The position numbers were made by a program, and so were the translations under genes. From Eukaryota sp. GEM-RC1 (Eukaryota), in contig JAUFOQ010000003.1 in NCBI GenBank assembly GCA_040285855.1, positions 2,108,001 to 2,172,000 on the forward strand: a stretch of DNA of 64,000 nucleotides, written 5' to 3'. Below, piece after piece: positions 58,014-64,000 of the stretch. Below the pieces are notes generated by a model. It ran no database searches. It saw only the letters and a list, made by a program, of their open reading frames with translations, and was not told where the DNA came from. Position 1 is the stretch's first letter. The number at the start of each line of letters is the position of its first letter.

Positions 58014-58636
58014 CAGGCCCTCTCATAAGATAATTTAAAATAATTTGAACATCTAAAAGTGCCAAAAATAAATGTGAAATAAATATAATTAAAACAAAAT
58101 AAAACCCAAATAAAAACAAAATATTTTATTATACATCTAATCTGAGTCACTATTGCTGAATACACCATCCATTTCATCATCCCTTTCTTGTCGAAATTGG
58201 TTAGTTGACTTTCTGCTTCGTACAATTGCTCTAACTGTGTCGTCATTCCATAGACATCTGTGGATCTTCAATATTAGTTCAATGTTCAGCATCGTAAATG
58301 ACCATGAGAAAAACGTTCAATGATCATATGCCCGGGTATAGTCATTGGATTGGCTTTACCTGTGTTGAAATGGCAAAGTATGAGGAAAAATGTCTCAACC
58401 CTAATTTTTGTCTGAGCTTGAGTATTTCACACATCATGTTTCAAGTCAATCAACAACCTTGAGCACTAAAATAAACTCATGTATTATATAGATCAATGAA
58501 GTTTACTTTCTGACATTTTATTTAAATTTATTTATATTTTGTTTTATTTTGTTTTATTTGCACGATCGCCAAAAAGGCTCAAAAATAAATATAAATAGAA
58601 ATAAATAGAATTTATATTTATTTATGAGGAGCCCTG
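58014..58636. mobile_element. hAT-type MITE (623 bp)
   Basis: Imperfect TIR CAGG....CTCATAA; perfect 8-bp TSD CTCCATTA (58006-58013, 58637-58644). Confidence 0.85.
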
Positions 58637-58788
58637 CTCCATTATTTATTTTATGAAAACAGAAAATAAAAAATTATTTTTGTATATATTTTTGCTCTCT
58701 CACCAGACAACTTATGAGAGTGAAAACTGCAACATGTTGCACTCCGTCACATTTGCAACTCAGTACGGTCTTCATCCTGTACTGAGAC

Positions 58789-59509
58789 TAGACCTTGGAA
58801 TCGGAATTTTTATCTCAAATACGATCCGATCCGAATCTGACTGATCGAAATCTGAATCCGATCCGGATCCTGGTGTTCAATATCCGAATCCGATCCGAAA
58901 GATCCGATCGGATTGACCTCTTTTATCTAAAACATTTCATTAATTCTGTTTTAGTTTTTGCAGTAAGATTACTGTTTTAGTTCGATAACAAAATTCTACA
59001 AAGTTTTATCAGTCAAAAAGTAACATTAATTGCAATCTCCTGGGAAAAGTCTATCATCAGCCATAAATCCAAGTTTTGTTCGTGAATTGAGTAAAACCAA
59101 AACTTGAACTGTGTCATAATTGAGAGATGTTCTTTTTCGGACACAATTAACCCAACACGGGAGGAGTCATGTTCAACAGTCAGACTTTCAAATCAATCGT
59201 TTTAAATAACTTGTAATATTAGTACAGAAACGGGGTTTACGATCAATACAGTGAAATTCAGTAATTACTTTTGTAAAAACAATAACTAAATGATACCAAC
59301 TAATGTATCTATATTAGTATTAGTAAAGTAATCAAATGTATTTTGGGTCCACAAGAATATCAAAATCATTAAAAATCCGATCGGATATTTCGGATCTGGT
59401 AGGATAAATCCGATCCGAATTCGAATCCGAGCAAAACCAAGAAAATCGCTCCGATCCGAGAAATCCGATCGGTGTATCCGATCCGAAGTTGATCCGATTC
59501 CAAGGTCTA
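58789..59509. mobile_element. hAT-type MITE (721 bp)
   Basis: 17-bp perfect TIR TAGACCTTGGAATCGGA; 8-bp TSD ACTGAGAC/ACTGACAC; dense ATCCG subterminal repeats. Confidence 0.88.
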
Positions 59510-60289
59510 ACTGACACTAGTACAGAACTCATTGCAGTAGAGAAGCGTACTCTTTCTACACTATTTTTGATTCGATTTTAAACTGCCTCTTTGAATTGAG
59601 TATGAATATAAAATGATGTAGTGGTCTTGGTAGCTCCTTTGTAAATATTGATGGTATTCTGTATTTGTAAGTGTAAATAATACAAGGCGTTTTTCCTTTC
59701 TGGGCTTGACAAAGTTCATTCCCCTATCGCAATAGAGCCAGACCAAACTGGTTTAAAAAGTTCTACTCTTCGTAACACAAAACCGCTAATCCCGTGGTAT
59801 TGATTGTATTCTTTCAACCCTGAAATTTTCGAAATATGTGAAATATGTGCTGTTGTTCGGTAACTGTTGGAAAACATCACGTTGGTTTGACCACATTCTC
59901 GTTGAATAGAACACCGTGTCTACATTAATATCACTCCTTCTTAACACTGAAACCGATCTGGGAAGTTATACGAACACACAGAACCTGGAGAGGTAGTAGT
60001 GTTCGTGTTAGACTAGGTTTGTGAAGTATTGCAGCATCCTTGTTCCCATTGAATAAATAATTTAAATAATTGCAATTATTTAGTGCCTTCATCTGCAATA
60101 ACTCATTTTTATTTATTCAAGAGAAAGTTTATCATATTTTATTTAAATATTTTTCCGTGGGCCCTGGGGCAACTTTTCAGACGGATCCGTAAAGTTTCCG
60201 TATTTTACAGAAAGTTATATTGTACGACAATAAGAAAACAACTGTATTATGTACCAAAAAAGCGTTACCTACGAAAATATATATTTTCA

Positions 60290-60505
60290 AAAACAAACAA
60301 ATAAAACTAAGACTAAATCCAAGCGACTTCATCCCTATCCGGTAAAAGATTCCGTTTTTCAACATTAAACCAAACGTGTACAATTTCTCAACTAATCGAG
60401 AGAAATAGAAAAGCATATTCCGAAAAACGGAAAACACAATGCGGTTTTTCCGTTTAGCCATCCTAAACTTACGCTTCTGTTCACTACAAAGTTCTTCAAA
60501 ATCCT
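60290..60505 (-). mobile_element. 3' fragment of family B REL retroelement
   Basis: KNRIVFSVFRNMLFYFSRLVEKLY matches ~41320-41540. Confidence 0.75.
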
Positions 60506-60779
60506 GAAAATCCTTATCTGTTCAAATGATACGTAATTGATTACATTTGAAAACGATATATTCTCGTCCTATCACATTATCACACCTATGTAAAAATTGA
60601 ATAGTGATCCTTGATATTAGTCACATTTGATTGTCACATTTGAGTACCTAAGGTTATTTAGTCCAAGGATTTATCCTTGTTCTGTTGGTGTTAATCTTGT
60701 TTACCTTGTTTCTCTCTTTCACGTTGATAATCATTCCATTGTTCGGAACAACAGTTGTGGTGATTAAATGGACCTTGAA

Positions 60780-61215
60780 GAAATTCCAAGAAATTGTACT
60801 GGACTTTACTATAGTTGATCTTTGTAATTCTACTTCTACCAAAAAAGTACTTAATAATAATCGGCCATTGACCATGATGAAGACAAGAAGGTTCTTCGAT
60901 ACATGGATTGTTTTGAAAAGTTAAACTCTCAAAGACACAATGCTTTTGTTTTTCAACCTTTTGGAATTTCAATATATGGAAATTTAGGTGCTGCAGCTAA
61001 TACTTCTTAGGTTCGTTTAAGGATTTGTCTAATGATTTGGATAAAAATTTCAACAGTGGTTTTTGGAGAGATCGTCTAGTTTTTGCTTTATTTCGTTCTA
61101 TGAACAATTACGTTGATGACATCTTGAAGAGTTTGTTTGGTGGTGGAGAAGATTGTGTGATGGCGTAGTTTTATCTGTCTATTTTATTTTCTTTAGTGTA
61201 AGTTTAGAGAATAAG
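60780..61215 (+). mobile_element. Degraded REL non-LTR 3' fragment
   Basis: VLDFTIVDLCN...FVFQPFGISIYGNLG...FWRDRLVFALF. Confidence 0.7.
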
Positions 61216-61733
61216 GCACTTTTTAGTACTACAGTGCATGTAGTAATTTGTACAGCGCTGACCTTAATTAATCTCACTTCGCAATTAACGTCAGTGACAT
61301 TAATTTGGAACATCTTTTAGTACATAATCTCTTGAACTCTAAATCTGCATTCAATTGTGCCATGATATCGGATACTATAATAAGCACTTTGATGACTGAT
61401 GTTTTCTTAATAAGTTGCTCGTCGAAAACAGAATTGATGCGACACAATCTTGTGACATTAATTAAGGTCAGCGGTGTAGTTCCTAAGTAATCGGATTTAT
61501 GTACTCAGAAAAACACACAACAAGAAAAAAGCAGATAGACAAATACTATTAAAACAAATTATCAAACGGTAGGTCTAGGTTGGATGATGCAATTTTCTAA
61601 ATCATCCGAGCTTTCTACATCAAAGAACAAGTTACATAACCAGAAAACACTATTCGAGCTATGAAAAATTGAAAAACCTAATTAAAACTATTTATAATAC
61701 ACTAAAACACAAACATATTGAAAAGTTCTCGAT

Positions 61734-64000
61734 TTAACTATTCATGACAAACTGCTGAATGATCAGATTAGAATCCACAACACTTTGAGGAATCATTGAA
61801 ATTAGCTGGGCACTGATTCCTTCTTCCTCACTTAAAGTATTCAACATCTTTCTAAAAAGAAATAAATGGATTAAAACTGAAATAAGAAAAACTAAAACCA
61901 TTGACAGAATAATTGAGATTCTATAGATCCTAATAGACATCTGAAGTTCCTCCTGCATAAGATCAAGAGAGTCAAGCGCAAGTGAAACTACATCATCACC
62001 AACTTGAATTGTTTCTTGAATATGTGATGACTCAACATCCCAAGAAACAGTTGTTTCCTGTAACATCAAGGGAGCAAGTAGAGAAACGAAGCGATGAAGC
62101 AGAAAGTTGAGACCAAACTGTTGCAAAACACTGGTATTGTAGCTCAAAATATTAAAATTTGTGTTAAACACAAGCTCATTTTGGGGGGCGAAGCGACCAG
62201 CTGTTGAATCTAAAAACGGAGAATTAGCACGATACAGTAATTCATTGTGTGCATTCATTAGAAATTCAGACCTAAGCCGTATTCTATTACAACTTTCTTC
62301 TCTAGTAGTTGGATTCATTGCAGCTTGTACCACTCTTCCAGTAATGAGATAGGGAAGTTTAGCACGATCTCCAGCTAATTGAAGTTGTCCAGTCCAAGGT
62401 TGGAGAGCAAACGTGGCATAAATAGCAATAATAAAGAATACAGCGATACCAATAGCCATGCAAAAAAGAGCTACAATCGATTGATTGTGGAACTTCTTAA
62501 CTAAAATAAGCTCAACAACTTGTTTAACATGAACTGCCATTTTTCTTTTGGGCGTGGTTACTACCATTAAAATATACAAAAACACGATCACAGTAAAACC
62601 CGTGGCAATCATCAGTGAAATCTGGCAAATAGTAAATAGAGTTGGATTTCTAAGTAATTCTAAGAACTCAACACTAGAAGCAACAAAGTCATTGATGGAA
62701 CCTCGTAAATAAAGATTCATAGCGTGGGCAGGTATTGGCAGGAAGTGTCTTCCCATAGTAGTATGTTGAGCAAGAAGAAGTTGGTCAGAAGAAGATCGAG
62801 ATAGGTCAAAGGTTTTGTTGGTATAGCGTTCAATCAGAGGCATTTTGCGTTGTTGAATAATTTTCTGATGACTGTTTTCCTCAGTGGCTATATCCCAGTC
62901 AATATCATCTAGTTCAGGAGTAAGAGAAGAAGGGACTTCGTAGTGGCTGCAGGCCAATACAAGGGCAATGTCTTGAACACGGAAAACCTTATCAAAATCA
63001 GCGAAAACATTGGTGAATGAATTTTGAAGTTTTGAAAGGGAACCTTCAAGTGGAGAATCGTCAAATTTAGAAAACATTGATACTAACTCTCCAAGTGAAT
63101 CAAGTAGTTGTTGTCTAGTATTTCTATACTCTCTATAAGTGTTGAAATTCCCTGATAAAATGAATCTATCACAGAAATACCTCAACTTAGCAAACAGAAA
63201 TTTACACGCAGAAACTTGAGATATGACATCATCAGTAATTGTATCAGTTTCATCCCAATTAGAAAGAACTTTTCTGCCATAAAGAGCGGAAAAGAAAATA
63301 ATCAACAATACAAGTACTGGTACTGCGAGTAAAACCAACAAGGAAATTTTGTTTGGGAACCGGTTCAAAAACTTTACTACAAGGATGCCTGTACAAGTCA
63401 AAAACATTACTGCAAGAATAGCAAATATGGTAAGTAGAAATCGTTGATTACTGAATAATCTCGCTGTTTCCTGTCTGGACTCAACATCAAATAACTGAGA
63501 AGTCTTATATAAAACATTGGCAATTGAATCAAGGTGATTGTGATACCTAGAAGAGCTCACAGTTTCCTTTGCGATAACATATTTTTCAGAAGAGGAAAGT
63601 GACGAATCGTGAGTGTGATTAGTATACCAATTAGAGTAACCGTCATATTCAACACGTTCATAATTGATAGATTGCTCACTTTGAATATCATATTGATAAT
63701 CATAAACATAAGACACGTCATCACGAGTGTGATTGAATACTTGACTGGCAAGTGATTGACTGACACGATGGTAATGAGATAAAATATCAAGGGATTCTTG
63801 TGGTGCAGCCAGTTGAGTCTTAATATCAGCTGAAACACGTGTGGAATAAAAAAAGTTATCAGCCAAGATTCTTCTTCTGTCCGATTCCACAAAGCCCCAG
63901 TAACTTTGATACCAAAAGAGATCACCAGTGGCAACAAAGGAAAATGTTCGAGAAGTGGACATGAAATCCATGACAATCAAATCGCCAGCCACGACATCAA
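61734..64000 (-). CDS. Large multi-pass membrane protein with repeated TM/helical-ectodomain modules (TmcB/C-like C-terminus); 5' end outside window
   Basis: ORF of at least 752 aa, open to the window edge. Paired TMs alternate with helical domains; ends LISMIPQSVV...IQQF. Confidence 0.65.
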   Translation of the reverse strand, partial: DVVAGDLIVMDFMSTSRTFSFVATGDLFWYQSYWGFVESDRRRILADNFFYSTRVSADIKTQLAAPQESLDILSHYHRVSQSLASQVFNHTRDDVSYVYDYQYDIQSEQSINYERVEYDGYSNWYTNHTHDSSLSSSEKYVIAKETVSSSRYHNHLDSIANVLYKTSQLFDVESRQETARLFSNQRFLLTIFAILAVMFLTCTGILVVKFLNRFPNKISLLVLLAVPVLVLLIIFFSALYGRKVLSNWDETDTITDDVISQVSACKFLFAKLRYFCDRFILSGNFNTYREYRNTRQQLLDSLGELVSMFSKFDDSPLEGSLSKLQNSFTNVFADFDKVFRVQDIALVLACSHYEVPSSLTPELDDIDWDIATEENSHQKIIQQRKMPLIERYTNKTFDLSRSSSDQLLLAQHTTMGRHFLPIPAHAMNLYLRGSINDFVASSVEFLELLRNPTLFTICQISLMIATGFTVIVFLYILMVVTTPKRKMAVHVKQVVELILVKKFHNQSIVALFCMAIGIAVFFIIAIYATFALQPWTGQLQLAGDRAKLPYLITGRVVQAAMNPTTREESCNRIRLRSEFLMNAHNELLYRANSPFLDSTAGRFAPQNELVFNTNFNILSYNTSVLQQFGLNFLLHRFVSLLAPLMLQETTVSWDVESSHIQETIQVGDDVVSLALDSLDLMQEELQMSIRIYRISIILSMVLVFLISVLIHLFLFRKMLNTLSEEEGISAQLISMIPQSVVDSNLIIQQFVMNS

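Noticed and set aside
1..64000. Alternative genetic code or prokaryotic origin
   Set aside because: Conserved genes end at TAA, TAG and TGA with no in-frame stops at conserved sites; introns and gene content are eukaryotic.

Overview
AT-rich, gene-dense DNA from a single-celled eukaryote: standard code, mostly intronless genes, a few 28-35 nt GT-AG introns, eukaryotic tRNAs. A free-living metamonad-like protist is my inference, not shown by the sequence. Housekeeping genes include Rpp20/Pop7-like, Bfr1-like, eIF5, a dynamin-related GTPase, RPS5, ISWI, an ALG9-like GT22, MATE and ThrE transporters, and tRNA-Ile(UAU) and tRNA-Gly(GCC). They alternate with TE nests: one intact Ty3/Gypsy element with identical 102-bp LTRs, many 5'-truncated REL-endonuclease non-LTR fragments, five hAT-type elements with 8-bp TSDs and four TA-type MITEs. 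Many genes are split by single-base indels in short homopolymers, most likely long-read assembly errors. The standout is one spliced gene at 5925-11209 (-), about 1,720 aa, that fuses a kinesin-9-like motor domain, lumenal H-type-lectin-like repeats and a processive GT2 (chitin/hyaluronan-synthase-like) domain. It is a microtubule counterpart of fungal myosin-chitin synthases. A large protein with a SIR2_2-type domain (32821-37109) is the second candidate.
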